Source: a virus | Lineage: Duplodnaviria > Caudoviricetes | Virus record (IMG/VR): IMGVR_UViG_3300011443_000032 | Coordinates: 1-38,553 of that record | Length of the DNA: 38,553 bases | Direction: 5' to 3' (one strand) | Shown: in pieces, positions 18,572 to 28,251 of the stretch | How the letters are laid out: each line of letters starts with the position of its first letter | Numbering within the stretch: the first letter of the stretch is position 1 | Translations under genes and position numbers: made by a program | The notes under the pieces: model-generated | What the model was told of the DNA's origin: nothing | Database searches by the model: none | What the model saw: the letters and a program-made list of their open reading frames with translations, nothing else

Positions 18572-19113
18572 TAGGTCAGACTCCCTCCACCACCAAACCC
18601 GCCACTATCACCCCACTTCCCAGCTACCTTACCAAGCCCACCAATCAAGCTCCCAAGCATCGCGATCTTCCCAGCTTCTTTCGCTTGACTCGCCTGCATT
18701 CGGTAAAGCCCAGCTTGCGCCTTTTGATTCCCAGCCTCAACATCAAAACCCCAGGCTCTTCGCTCAGCATTTGATTGGACAGTCAGTGCATCGAGGCGCG
18801 CGATTTCGGCTTGACTCGCTTGAACCTCAAGCGGCGAACCAGAATCAACCTCCACTCCAGAGGCCCCGAAAATCGCTTTTTGCTGTCCCAAAAGTTGGGC
18901 CGACTTCAGATCCTGCTGCTGTGCCTCCACAGCGCCCTCTTGCCTCGAGAGCGCCGCCTGCTGATTCGCAACAATCTCATTGTTCCGCGCCACTTGCGCT
19001 TGATAGTTCGCCTGATCAGCTTGCGCGTCCGCTTGCTGTTTCGCGCCCATAGCGCTGACAACAGAGCCAGCTAAACTCGCAACGACGCCTATGATGCCAA
19101 TAGCGGCTGCCAT
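18571..19113 (-). CDS. internal virion protein B-like (T7 gp14-like)
   Basis: Hydrophobic N-terminus MAAAIGIIGVVASLAG, Ala/Gln-rich helix, GASGV...GS motif. Likely start 19113 after GAGGAGAGG. Confidence 0.75.
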   Translation of the reverse strand: MAAAIGIIGVVASLAGSVVSAMGAKQQADAQADQANYQAQVARNNEIVANQQAALSRQEGAVEAQQQDLKSAQLLGQQKAIFGASGVEVDSGSPLEVQASQAEIARLDALTVQSNAERRAWGFDVEAGNQKAQAGLYRMQASQAKEAGKIAMLGSLIGGLGKVAGKWGDSGGFGGGGSLT

Positions 19114-19625
19114 CTGTCCTCTCCTCTCAACCACTCAAGTTTTTCGGTCTTGAAAGACTCTTTAGTTATCGAGTAAGTTCTAAACTTAATCCCATACATC
19201 CTCGTCACGCCCTCCCGAGTAAAGCCTAGATACTCGAGCCACCGTTGACTAAGCTCACTCTTAAACGGCGCGATGACACTTACCTTATCATATTGATCTA
19301 ACAAGTCCCACGCATAGACAGTGGAGACTCGAACGAATGAAACCCAATGCTTCTCAACCAGCTTCGTCGTCAGCATCCAGACGTAGGCGTGGTTGCTCAG
19401 GATACTAATCACCCGCACTCCATAGATCAAAGCCAGCTCACCATCGACATAACCACTCCAAACATCCCTTGAGCCCTCAACTGCCTGCTTCAGTGCCGTC
19501 TCCTCCTCACCAGCAACGATGAAAAGCTCATTGCGTGAGAAGTCACGTAGGTTTGACAGAATGATCTCCAGATCAGCCTCCGTCGTCTTCCGCCGCTCCA
19601 GCGTACTGATCTTAATCATCGCCAA
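19089..19625 (-). CDS. GNAT-fold protein, T7 gp13 / internal virion protein A-like
   Basis: Sits between tail tube B and the gp14-like gene. VWMLTT and SQRWLEYLGF motifs. Confidence 0.72.
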   Translation of the reverse strand: MAMIKISTLERRKTTEADLEIILSNLRDFSRNELFIVAGEEETALKQAVEGSRDVWSGYVDGELALIYGVRVISILSNHAYVWMLTTKLVEKHWVSFVRVSTVYAWDLLDQYDKVSVIAPFKSELSQRWLEYLGFTREGVTRMYGIKFRTYSITKESFKTEKLEWLRGEDRWQPLLAS

Positions 19626-22242
19626 TCACCGCTTCAGGAATGACAGCAATAATATTGGCTGGAAGGCCGTTGACCGAGCGAATGCAGATTTGGCCCTCCT
19701 CAGACCACAATGGATCGAGCACAAGATCCAGATCTCCACTATGCAACGAAGCTGGTTCGCCGGATATCACTGACGGAGCCAAGTCCTTTATCTCCGTCAA
19801 TGTCTTGAACGAGGTTCCAGCCCACAAACCTCGCGTATCCGCGACTCGCACCGTTAGGTGCGGGAGCTTCTTCATCCGCGTCTGGATCGTTGGTTGACTC
19901 TCGAGCCTTAGCGTCTGAATCTCAGCATCGTAACCAAGTCCAACTATAACAATTGCGGCTGACGTATCCAGTTGAATAGTCCCGTTCCGCACAATTTTGT
20001 CGCTTTGCATCTTCCCATCACCATAGACAGAAACTGTGCAACCTTCGAGGTGGCTAAGTCCTGCAACAGCATTATAAATCCAGTGATATTCCCAATCACC
20101 AGGCTCTTGTGGATTAATAAACTCCGTTCGTGTTTCCTCAAATATATAAGTGTCTACCGCAGCAACAATCTGTTTTGTTCTTACTACAGCTGTGCTCAAG
20201 ACCGAATGAATTCGAAACTTCCCACCAGCAGCGAAGATGTGGCCTCCAATCCAGCCTGCATGGAAATAGCCCAAAGTCACATTATCCACAGAGAAATCAA
20301 CATTCTCTTTATCCGCCAAAGAACCGCTGGTCAGTCGTGCCCAACCCTTCCCACCAGTTGTTGTTAATGCACAGTCAAGAAACCAAGACTTTTCAATCGT
20401 CCGGTCTGATCTCGGCTGCATCTGCTCAATAAAAACATGCCTCACTCCGTTCGGCAGCGACCGTTCAACAGCTATATAAATAACATCCTTATTCCCCTCT
20501 CGAACGGAGCCAACAGCCAAAACCTTTCCCGCTGTTTGATGCTGTGCCCAGCCTGCGACCTCTTGCTCCTTCAAAAACGTCATGCTCAGTAAAATCCCGT
20601 CATCCCTCACACACCAAATCACTTTATCAGGCTCTTCAGCATAAGCCCAACTCTTAATCGTGTGATTGTTGAAGAGGTGACTCGATAGAACAGTGATATC
20701 AGCACCAGTGTAGATGTTGGCGAAGAAGTTGTAGCTGAGGTTGCGGACGACGGAGCCCGCTGACTGGATGAACAAGATTTCATATCCAATAACGATGGGC
20801 TGGAGATCACCACAGCCGTTGAAGGCTTGAGGCGTTGCCATCACCTGCGTTGGTGTGACTGGAGCGAATTGTTGTGTTCCGCTCAACTGCCAAGCGCCGC
20901 CGGAGGTTAAGATCACCAAGCCTCCTGGCATCGGGATCATATACTTGATTGCATTTAGCTGTTGTGAGGCAAGGGTGAACTCGAATGAGTCACCGTCGTT
21001 GAGTGGAATGCTCGTGTCGAAGTTATGGAACGCTCCAGGCTTCGAGCCCCAGATCGTGGCTGGATCATTCGTCGAGCCTGCGAACAAAAGCCGCTGTTGA
21101 TAATAAGCAACAGCCCCTGGATAAGTCCCTGTCGTCGGTCCGAGAATAGGATAGGCTGCCGCCTGTTGTCCTGAAGGATCTCCAAGATTTGGAGGGCCTA
21201 TATAAACCCAAGGAGCTACATAACCACCACCTCCATAAAGGCGATGGGCATTAAGGATAGACGAAAAAGTTACTGCGCCCCAGAAATAAGCACCTCCTCC
21301 CTGTCCAGTGTAATCAAAGATCTGCATGTCTGGATAGTGGCTGTAACCGTAGCCACCATTCGATATTATAACTTCTTTAATCTGCCCAGGAGTGAAGGGG
21401 TCGTTGTGGATCGGAGGCCCTTTTGTGTAGTTGGGCAGGATGTTCGTGTCTGTAAACGAAGTATTTGTTGTGCTCCCCAAAAAGCCCATTCGAGTGCCGT
21501 TCGAAATCTGGGCGTTGACTCCAACAGTCGCCTTATAGACGTTGAAATACTGCGTTCCCGTCACCTGATTCCAATAAATCGTCATTGTCACTCGATGGAC
21601 CGCCATATCCAAGACGTTATCCAGTCGAGCGATTCCACTCAATCGACTTTCAGCTCCATCTGGACCTACTGACGTTACAGCATAACCATAATTGACATAA
21701 GCCGCTGAGGCCGCATCAATACTCCCTGTTGACACAGCAGAAAGCCAAACACCTTGAACCATAGGATTAGTTTGATCACCAATGCTGAATCCTCGAAACA
21801 CCCAGTTCGCGTGACCAAAGCGAACAATCTCAATCGGCTGAAATCTTGGGTGCGTGATAGTTATCGTGTCTCCGCTTTGTGTCCACTTGAGATATTTTAG
21901 CTCGTGTGTAGGGTAGAAAGTCCCAATCTGATAAATATTTCCGCTTGCATCAAGAACGTAGCCTCCATTTGTGATAAATCTGGTGTAGCCGTGGCCCATT
22001 TCAAGCAAATAAGTTTGGGAGGAGCTGAATGTGAACGGAATGAAGACGATATCACTCCAAGCCCATCCCGCATACCCAACAAACTTCGTTCCCGCCCGTT
22101 TTGCCGCTCCGCCTTTGTAGTCAACAATGAAATTCTTCATCTTGGCGAGGCCAATCTTATACTTATTAAGATCGACGCGCCCGAATAAGTGCGGAGAAAG
22201 CTCACCTGCCGAAAATGAGGACTGAATAACAGGCGCGGCCAT
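19612..22242 (-). CDS. tail tubular protein B (nozzle)
   Basis: 876 aa, QSSFSAGELSP..GRVD, YPGAVAYYQQRL, EQEVAGWAQH, GLSHLEG, VGLGY motifs. Confidence 0.88.
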   Translation of the reverse strand: MAAPVIQSSFSAGELSPHLFGRVDLNKYKIGLAKMKNFIVDYKGGAAKRAGTKFVGYAGWAWSDIVFIPFTFSSSQTYLLEMGHGYTRFITNGGYVLDASGNIYQIGTFYPTHELKYLKWTQSGDTITITHPRFQPIEIVRFGHANWVFRGFSIGDQTNPMVQGVWLSAVSTGSIDAASAAYVNYGYAVTSVGPDGAESRLSGIARLDNVLDMAVHRVTMTIYWNQVTGTQYFNVYKATVGVNAQISNGTRMGFLGSTTNTSFTDTNILPNYTKGPPIHNDPFTPGQIKEVIISNGGYGYSHYPDMQIFDYTGQGGGAYFWGAVTFSSILNAHRLYGGGGYVAPWVYIGPPNLGDPSGQQAAAYPILGPTTGTYPGAVAYYQQRLLFAGSTNDPATIWGSKPGAFHNFDTSIPLNDGDSFEFTLASQQLNAIKYMIPMPGGLVILTSGGAWQLSGTQQFAPVTPTQVMATPQAFNGCGDLQPIVIGYEILFIQSAGSVVRNLSYNFFANIYTGADITVLSSHLFNNHTIKSWAYAEEPDKVIWCVRDDGILLSMTFLKEQEVAGWAQHQTAGKVLAVGSVREGNKDVIYIAVERSLPNGVRHVFIEQMQPRSDRTIEKSWFLDCALTTTGGKGWARLTSGSLADKENVDFSVDNVTLGYFHAGWIGGHIFAAGGKFRIHSVLSTAVVRTKQIVAAVDTYIFEETRTEFINPQEPGDWEYHWIYNAVAGLSHLEGCTVSVYGDGKMQSDKIVRNGTIQLDTSAAIVIVGLGYDAEIQTLRLESQPTIQTRMKKLPHLTVRVADTRGLWAGTSFKTLTEIKDLAPSVISGEPASLHSGDLDLVLDPLWSEEGQICIRSVNGLPANIIAVIPEAVIGDD

Positions 22243-23039
22243 CAGATAGAACCTCCAAACAGCGGGCCATACTCAGGCACCCACGGACCTGTGCCCATCG
22301 AAGGACCAACTCCGCGAACCCGGAGCCAATCCGGCACCAGATCGATCACATTCAGCCCTTCATTCGCGTTCTTGACTCGAGCATCCAAGATCATGCTGTT
22401 CGCAAGCTTCGTCAAAGCGTCCAGCATCTTCAAATCGCCAGTCAAAGTCGTCACTAAGTTGGCGGCGAGGCCGTGAACGAACGCTCGAGTGAATGATTCC
22501 TCAAAAAGCGCCGTATCTGTGATGTCTTTCGTGTAGCAGGCGATCGCTTTTGAGGTATTTGACAAAATAACATTCTTCGGAAGCGGATTCAGTGGGTCTG
22601 TGCTGGTCGCAATCTCGAATTTCGGCATCGGCCCTAAGTGAAGATCGGGCCATTGCTGCATCGGAGCGCTCGTCAGCGGTATCGCGGGCTGTTCTGAGTG
22701 CGGGTTCGGCATCAAGTATCGAATTGCGAGCACATCACTCGGTATTCCGTAAGCATAAAGCCACGGAGGCGGCGGTTCCCAAGCTTCATTCCAGCCGTTT
22801 GTCGGTGGAGGCTGGTTTGATGGGGCCTCAACCGTTCCCCAACGCGCTCGGACGACCGGAAGCTTCGCATATGCGCGAGCGAAGCCCCAATGCGCTGCAC
22901 GAAGTAGATGCATTCGGGTCGACTCGAACAAAAGCAGACACGCTCGTGCCTCATTGCTCGCTTCTGAGATCGAGGCAATCGACGAGCGAGTTCCAACCAC
23001 AGCTAAAGCCTGATTACAGATCGTAGTCACATCCGCCAT
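22242..23039 (-). CDS. tail tubular protein A (adaptor/gatekeeper)
   Basis: ICNQAL..G, LLRAAHWGFA, WLYAY.IPSD motifs. Precedes tube B. Confidence 0.85.
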   Translation of the reverse strand: MADVTTICNQALAVVGTRSSIASISEASNEARACLLLFESTRMHLLRAAHWGFARAYAKLPVVRARWGTVEAPSNQPPPTNGWNEAWEPPPPWLYAYGIPSDVLAIRYLMPNPHSEQPAIPLTSAPMQQWPDLHLGPMPKFEIATSTDPLNPLPKNVILSNTSKAIACYTKDITDTALFEESFTRAFVHGLAANLVTTLTGDLKMLDALTKLANSMILDARVKNANEGLNVIDLVPDWLRVRGVGPSMGTGPWVPEYGPLFGGSI

Positions 23040-23056
23040 TTGCCTCTCCTGTGGTA

Positions 23057-23082
23057 GTGGGGGAGACCGAAGCCTCCCCCAC
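23057..23082 (-). terminator. GC-rich C(UUCG)G hairpin after the head genes (weak terminator or mRNA stabiliser)
   Basis: Minus strand GTGGGGGAGGC-TTCG-GTCTCCCCCAC. No U-tract. Confidence 0.5.
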
Positions 23083-23087
23083 CCTTC

Positions 23088-23261
23088 TTAGCCGTACATA
23101 GCTTGCGCCGGAGGTGGGCGCTTGCCTTTTTTCTTCTTCCCGCGTTTCGGTGGAGACTTTTTCGTGGCTGGGGCCTCCGCAGCAGCAAGAGGCCCTGGCG
23201 CACGAGACTTCCCCATAATCGAGGCGTGGAAGTCTTCTTCACCTACAAGTGACTTTGCCAT
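23088..23261 (-). CDS. small basic protein (57 aa)
   Basis: Read manually: MAKSLVGEEDF...KKSPPKRGKKKKGKRPPPAQAMYG. TGATG overlap with the upstream gene, and it ends just before the hairpin. Confidence 0.6.
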   Translation of the reverse strand: MAKSLVGEEDFHASIMGKSRAPGPLAAAEAPATKKSPPKRGKKKKGKRPPPAQAMYG

Positions 23262-23578
23262 CACTTCTTCAGCAGCGGCGGGGGTTCAGTCGGCTTGGGC
23301 GTCTTAGCCCCTGCTTGCGCTCGGGCCAAATCAACCAGAGCGCTCTGAACCTCGGGCTCCAGATACAGAAGCCCAAGCTGTGGCGCAGGCGGATACTTGT
23401 TCGGGAGCGCATCCCGCATTTTCTCCACCTCGGCCTTGCCCTCGTCGTCGAGTCCCTCCATCTCTGGAGTAACTCCACCCTCGGCGATCGGGTACGAAGT
23501 CTCGTCACCAACGATCGTCCCCTCCGCGAGAAGCTGATCGGCGATGTAGTGCTTCGAAAGCAGTCGATACTTTGCCAT
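23261..23578 (-). CDS. hypothetical head-associated protein
   Basis: 105 aa, MAKYRLLSKHYI, GAGGTG RBS, follows the cement gene. Confidence 0.7.
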   Translation of the reverse strand: MAKYRLLSKHYIADQLLAEGTIVGDETSYPIAEGGVTPEMEGLDDEGKAEVEKMRDALPNKYPPAPQLGLLYLEPEVQSALVDLARAQAGAKTPKPTEPPPLLKK

Positions 23579-23586
23579 GTGTCACC

Positions 23587-24027
23587 TCAGTTCGTAACAA
23601 CGATGCCAGGCGGATACGCGTAGTTCTGCTGGCGATCAAGGATAAGTCCGGAGGTGAGCTTGCCCGTCAGCATTGGGCCTGTCCCAACGATGTAGTTCAG
23701 GCGCAGGTAACGAGGCATCGGATCACCGGGGTTCGGGCTCGGCCAAGTGATCTGGAACGGATTGCGTCCAGCGGTCAATTGGGCGAGTGTGAACGCGATC
23801 GACTCTGCATAAGTCGTGAAAGTCGTATTGTCCGCAGAGCCTTGAGCTTGCACTTGCAGCGTCCCCGCACCACCGGCAGTGAACGTCACCGTCGGCTGGA
23901 CGAGAAGCTGAAGTGGATAACCCGGAGCGATGTCACGGGCATTCAGCAGATCAATCACGTTCGCACTGACACCAGTGGCCGTGATGGAGCTGTTGTTGTC
24001 GAACAGCAGAAGACCGTCCAAAATCAT
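23587..24027 (-). CDS. capsid cement/decoration protein (BPP-1 Bbp16-like)
   Basis: MILD..L.F, SANVIDL, RYLRLNY.V..G beta-sandwich pattern, directly after the capsid gene. AAGGAG RBS. Confidence 0.8.
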   Translation of the reverse strand: MILDGLLLFDNNSSITATGVSANVIDLLNARDIAPGYPLQLLVQPTVTFTAGGAGTLQVQAQGSADNTTFTTYAESIAFTLAQLTAGRNPFQITWPSPNPGDPMPRYLRLNYIVGTGPMLTGKLTSGLILDRQQNYAYPPGIVVTN

Positions 24028-24049
24028 CTTGCATCTCCTTTGGGACTGG

Positions 24050-24080
24050 TATGGTCCTATAAACCGTTTATAGAACCCTA
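24050..24080. promoter_or_regulatory. 31-bp imperfect palindrome, copy 2
   Basis: TATGG-TC-CTATAAAC-C-GTTTATAG-AA-CCCTA. The last three bases are the capsid TAG stop. Confidence 0.8.
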
Positions 24081-25121
24081 CACAACCCTCGCTTCGTTGT
24101 TGACGATGGCGTCACAAGTCTTGATCGGAATGCCCCTGAACATGGTGCAGACCTTCCCATCATACTCACCGATGGAGAGCAAGACGTTCTTCTTGTCAAC
24201 CGCCTGGATATCGAGCCAGGTACGGATCGTTCGGTTGCAGTAGATCGCGGTTCGGCCCATCGAGTTCGACACTGATGGTGAATCGCTCTTCTGCACTGCC
24301 TGAGCCTGCGCCGACGCCACCGGGAGCTTGTAAAGCCCACGGATGAGCGCACGGAGAAGATCAGGAGGTGTGCCGCCTGCGAGAAGCGTCACGTCGATGT
24401 TGCACAGACGAACGGCGAACCGCCAATCTCGCACCGTCAGGCCGCACTCCCACTTGAAGTGATCCCGATAGGCTTGATAAGTGTTTCCGTTCACATCCTG
24501 CACAGGCCACTCGCCCATGTCCCTGTGTTGCAGGCCAGACATCTTGCCCTTCGGGAAGATGCCGTGCATCGTCTCACTGCCCCACGTCACGATCCAGATG
24601 GAAGTATTCGTACCACCTGTTCCGCCGAGGTCGATCACATTGTTCGCAGTCTGCGCGTTCGCCGGCAGCACCGTATTGTAACGAGGTGCCAGTCCCATGA
24701 ACCGCTCCGGGTTCACCGAAGTGTTCCCATAGAAAACGGTCTGTGAGACCTGTTGGTTCATGCCCTCGAGAAAGGCTTTCACCTCCGAGAACCTGAACTC
24801 CGGCGTATTGCCGTTCAGATCAGCGATGTCCTTGTCGACGACGCTGTACGTTTCCAGATTCCCGCACGAGTCGGTGATCTGGGCAGTGGTGGACTTGCCG
24901 TTCGGAACGCCGTAGTTCAGCAAGCGCCACGTTGCCGCTGGCAGACCAGTGCGGACTGTCGTCCGGTGGCCGGTCGGCAAGTTGCCTTGGACGAACAGCA
25001 TATCATCCAAGATCTCATTCGTCTGTGACAACAGCTCAATGATCGTAGCGATCTTGTAGTTGTCGTCCACTCGCTTGGCCCAATCAGCAAGGGTCAAGGC
25101 AGTTGCGCCAATAACAGGCAT
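24078..25121 (-). CDS. major capsid protein (BPP-1 Bbp17-like, HK97 fold)
   Basis: 347 aa, LTLADWAKR, IIELLSQTNEILDD, RTGLP..WR..N.GV, FRGIPI..CDAI.N.EA.V. Confidence 0.92.
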   Translation of the reverse strand: MPVIGATALTLADWAKRVDDNYKIATIIELLSQTNEILDDMLFVQGNLPTGHRTTVRTGLPAATWRLLNYGVPNGKSTTAQITDSCGNLETYSVVDKDIADLNGNTPEFRFSEVKAFLEGMNQQVSQTVFYGNTSVNPERFMGLAPRYNTVLPANAQTANNVIDLGGTGGTNTSIWIVTWGSETMHGIFPKGKMSGLQHRDMGEWPVQDVNGNTYQAYRDHFKWECGLTVRDWRFAVRLCNIDVTLLAGGTPPDLLRALIRGLYKLPVASAQAQAVQKSDSPSVSNSMGRTAIYCNRTIRTWLDIQAVDKKNVLLSIGEYDGKVCTMFRGIPIKTCDAIVNNEARVV

Positions 25122-25124
25122 CGG

Positions 25125-25805
25125 TTAGTCTCCTCGATTTTTGACCAGATGGGGATACAACGCGGCTCCCGGAGAGTCTGGCTTCGTTGATTGCGAGGGA
25201 TTTCCCTGGACCGGACCTGGTTCCGCTAATGCTCGCGACATGCGGTAGAAGGTTCGGATGATAGCGGGGTTATTCCCCGCACCAGTATAATCCAACGCTT
25301 GCCTAACTCCTGGATCGCCGTATTCACTCAGTGCAGATCCAATAACACGCTTCACTTCATCGAAGTTCTTTCCTCCCAACTCTTGGTCGGACATAACTTC
25401 GTTCTGCCACCCCTTCTGCGTATCCCGCCAAAGCTGGTACGGCTTATCAGCCGCCGATTTGACTGTCTTGGCATAAAGGTCAACGTACTCCTGCGCGGCC
25501 CCATGTTTGAGTCCGTGCTTCTTCGTGATCTCGGTGAACTCACCAAAGGCCGGGTCTTTAGTGTCAACTTTGACACCTTCCCCAAACTTCAGTTTGCCGG
25601 GATCAAAAGCCTCAGGATCGGCTGGTGGAGCCGGTTCCTTATCGAGCGTCCGTTCGCTCTTTTCATCCTCCAGATCAACTTCCTTGTCGCTTAGAAGCGA
25701 CGGTGGCTCTGCGCTCTTCGCAAGCCTTTCCGCGGCCGCATTTGCAGTTCCCGGCTCAGTTGGTCCACCTGGATCAACCGGCGGCTGTTGTGTCAAGTCC
25801 GTCAT
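25125..25805 (-). CDS. capsid scaffolding protein
   Basis: Acidic/Pro-rich N-terminus, TGAGNNPAIIR, C-terminal AALYP. Directly upstream of the capsid gene. Confidence 0.78.
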   Translation of the reverse strand: MTDLTQQPPVDPGGPTEPGTANAAAERLAKSAEPPSLLSDKEVDLEDEKSERTLDKEPAPPADPEAFDPGKLKFGEGVKVDTKDPAFGEFTEITKKHGLKHGAAQEYVDLYAKTVKSAADKPYQLWRDTQKGWQNEVMSDQELGGKNFDEVKRVIGSALSEYGDPGVRQALDYTGAGNNPAIIRTFYRMSRALAEPGPVQGNPSQSTKPDSPGAALYPHLVKNRGD

Positions 25806-26136
25806 TTTCCGTCTCCCGTTTAGTCAACCGTTCAAGACTCTCAAGTTCACTGGCCTCTCGCACCATTTCCAGATACCGATCTGGAGCTGCCCTCATCACA
25901 TCCGACAAAAGCCTCAGGCCAATATTCCGTTCGCCTTCAGCAAAAGCCATAACCAAAGCATCGACAGTAAAAGAAGTACGCCATAGATGAGCAGCCTCGA
26001 AAAAGTCATAGACCCACGCCCTTCCCTCTCTCGAGCCCATGATCTGTTGTATAAGGGCATCCTTGATCGATTCCTCGACTTTGAGTTGCTTGATCCGATC
26101 CTTGACTTGTCTAGGGTCACTTGCATCATAACTCAT
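25774..26136 (-). CDS. BPP-1 Bbp19-like protein
   Basis: MGSREGRAWV..., MAFAEGERNIGL motif, between portal and scaffold. Confidence 0.78.
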   Translation of the reverse strand: MSYDASDPRQVKDRIKQLKVEESIKDALIQQIMGSREGRAWVYDFFEAAHLWRTSFTVDALVMAFAEGERNIGLRLLSDVMRAAPDRYLEMVREASELESLERLTKRETENDGLDTTAAG

Positions 26137-27833
26137 GCCGGTGGCGCTCCAGCTTCAGCGCCCGCCTGTGGTCCACCAAGTCCCATCATCGCGGCGAGCG
26201 CGTTTTGCCCTCCACCCACATCGGTCTTCGACAGCACCTGAGCACCCTTAACGGCCGCGTCCGTCTGACCAAGCAACGCCGACTGTTGTTGCTGTTGCAT
26301 CTTTTGTTCTCTGATCGCAGCGATCTCATCCTTCGACCTCATGATCTTCGGAGGCACTCCCATCAAATCAGCATACTCCGTTATAAACTCATCCACATTA
26401 ATATTGTCAAGCACAGAAGGATCAGCAGCTGCAATGTTACCGGCCAAGCCCATGACTCGTTCCATCCCCGAGGCGCTAACCGCGCGCTGAGCTTCTGCCA
26501 GCATCGAGACATACTGGACATTCAAGCTTCTCCCACTTTGCGCTACTTCCGGCGGTGGCTCTGGCAACAGTCCCGCCCTCATCATAATCCCAAACACCCT
26601 CTCAATCACCGGATCGAGCGCCTCCTGTTCGAACCTCTCCAGAACCGGCCCAAGCATAATCAGCTTTTCTTCCCGCCTCGCATCGATCTCCGTAGCCGTC
26701 CGAACAGTATCGAGTTGGGAGATCATCATGAAGAGATCGTTGAAGAAGATCACCTTGATCCGCTCTTGAATCTCCTTAATGTCCTCCTTCAGTTCATTGA
26801 TCGGAGGCTTCACCTCAAACACCGGCTTATATCCGATGTTCTGCATTCCCGAGACATACGTCACCCCACCTGGCAGAAGCGAAGCGGGTTGGTTCCGCAG
26901 CTGCACATCCGCGAGCATTGGCGGATTCACCATCTTATCAATCGCTTGGCCCTTCCTCTTAGTTTCTTGCTGTAGCTGTTTGATGTCCCCGAGAGCGTCC
27001 ATAGCAGGAGATCGGCCGTAAACATCGTTAGACACCAAGTCCCAACGTGGAGCGATAACTGGCCAATCGTTATATCCGCTCCACCGCAGCGGCCCCTCAT
27101 CCGTGTTCCCCCGCTCCCAATACAGTTCCACGTACTTCCACTTCCTCTCGCTCCCATCATTTGGCTCGATCAAGTGGCAAACCACGATCTCACTCGAGCG
27201 TGTCCCCGGCTGTTCATAAGCCTTCCGCGTCGATTGCGAGCAATTCTCAATCCCAAACTCCTGCACAACCTGCTTAACGGTCATCGTGAACTCACGAGCC
27301 AACACGTCCACTTCATAAGTCGGCCCTGCATCAAGATAATACTCGCCCGCGCAGGGGTTGTAGAAGCGGACGACGTTCTCGAAGTCCTCATAACAGATGC
27401 TAACGCCTGTACCAAATACCACAAGGTCGAGATACAACGTAGCCATCGCGTTGTAGAAGTTCGACTCGGCGAACACCTTCAGCATCCGCTTCTCGACCTC
27501 GGCGAGCCACAGCGATGCTGGGTTTGACGAGTCGTTTAGCTGAAGCCCTTCGATCCCCAAGCGAAACCACGGTCGAGTCGGGCTTGTGATCCCGCTCATC
27601 ATCCCCGCCGCGCAGACCCGCGCAGCAATTGTCCCTGTAGAATCGATAATACCTGTGTTCAGCTGAGTCCCCCGACTCATCTCGTTCGGAGTTATCAACC
27701 ATTTGTACCTCCTGGGCAACATGAAGTTCGCAAGCTCTCGCCAGTGAACCCACCAAGAGTATCGCGGAGTACGCATTGCGTTCAGACGCTGGTCTGCCCA
27801 CTCAGCTCTCTCTTGGCGGGTTTTCCTAGCCAT
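26133..27833 (-). CDS. portal (head-tail connector) protein
   Basis: 566 aa, GMMSGITSPTRPWF, DLVVFGT, YGRSPAMDALGD, RTATEI..R.EEK..LGPVLER. Confidence 0.93.
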   Translation of the reverse strand: MARKTRQERAEWADQRLNAMRTPRYSWWVHWRELANFMLPRRYKWLITPNEMSRGTQLNTGIIDSTGTIAARVCAAGMMSGITSPTRPWFRLGIEGLQLNDSSNPASLWLAEVEKRMLKVFAESNFYNAMATLYLDLVVFGTGVSICYEDFENVVRFYNPCAGEYYLDAGPTYEVDVLAREFTMTVKQVVQEFGIENCSQSTRKAYEQPGTRSSEIVVCHLIEPNDGSERKWKYVELYWERGNTDEGPLRWSGYNDWPVIAPRWDLVSNDVYGRSPAMDALGDIKQLQQETKRKGQAIDKMVNPPMLADVQLRNQPASLLPGGVTYVSGMQNIGYKPVFEVKPPINELKEDIKEIQERIKVIFFNDLFMMISQLDTVRTATEIDARREEKLIMLGPVLERFEQEALDPVIERVFGIMMRAGLLPEPPPEVAQSGRSLNVQYVSMLAEAQRAVSASGMERVMGLAGNIAAADPSVLDNINVDEFITEYADLMGVPPKIMRSKDEIAAIREQKMQQQQQSALLGQTDAAVKGAQVLSKTDVGGGQNALAAMMGLGGPQAGAEAGAPPA

Positions 27834-28037
27834 TTAAGTCCCCAACAGTGATTTGTTTTTCTCGTCATCCGTCAGAAGACCAGCAGGCTCCGCTTGTCCT
27901 GCTTCAAGTGCCCCCGCCATCTTCTGCGATGACACTCCGGGTTGAGCGAGATTAACCGACGTTGGAGTTGACTCCACCTTTTGGATGGGAGCCTCCGTCA
28001 CCGGCGGCGTGTAAGGTTGATCGTTTCCACCAAACAT
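27834..28037 (-). CDS. small virion-associated protein (gp7.3-like position), paralogue 2
   Basis: MFGG...KSLLGT. Likely start ATG 28037. Confidence 0.6.
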   Translation of the reverse strand: MFGGNDQPYTPPVTEAPIQKVESTPTSVNLAQPGVSSQKMAGALEAGQAEPAGLLTDDEKNKSLLGT

Positions 28038-28038
28038 C

Positions 28039-28251
28039 TTAATCACCTAAGAGTGATTTGCTGCTGGTCGTAGCGGGCGTTGAGAGCCCTCCACTTCCCG
28101 TAGCAACGGTTGACCCAATTCCAGTCCGCCCCTTCGACCGAGTTGCCTGCCCCGCTTCAATCACAGTCGTATCGGCCGGGGTCGGCGCAGTCGGAGGCGG
28201 AGGCGGTGGCTTCGGTGGGGGTGGTGCTGATGATCCTCCTCCTCCAAACAT
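28039..28251 (-). CDS. small Pro-rich virion-associated protein (gp7.3-like position), paralogue 1
   Basis: MFGG..PPPP...KSLLGD, GGAGG RBS, upstream of the portal. Confidence 0.68.
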   Translation of the reverse strand: MFGGGGSSAPPPPKPPPPPPTAPTPADTTVIEAGQATRSKGRTGIGSTVATGSGGLSTPATTSSKSLLGD

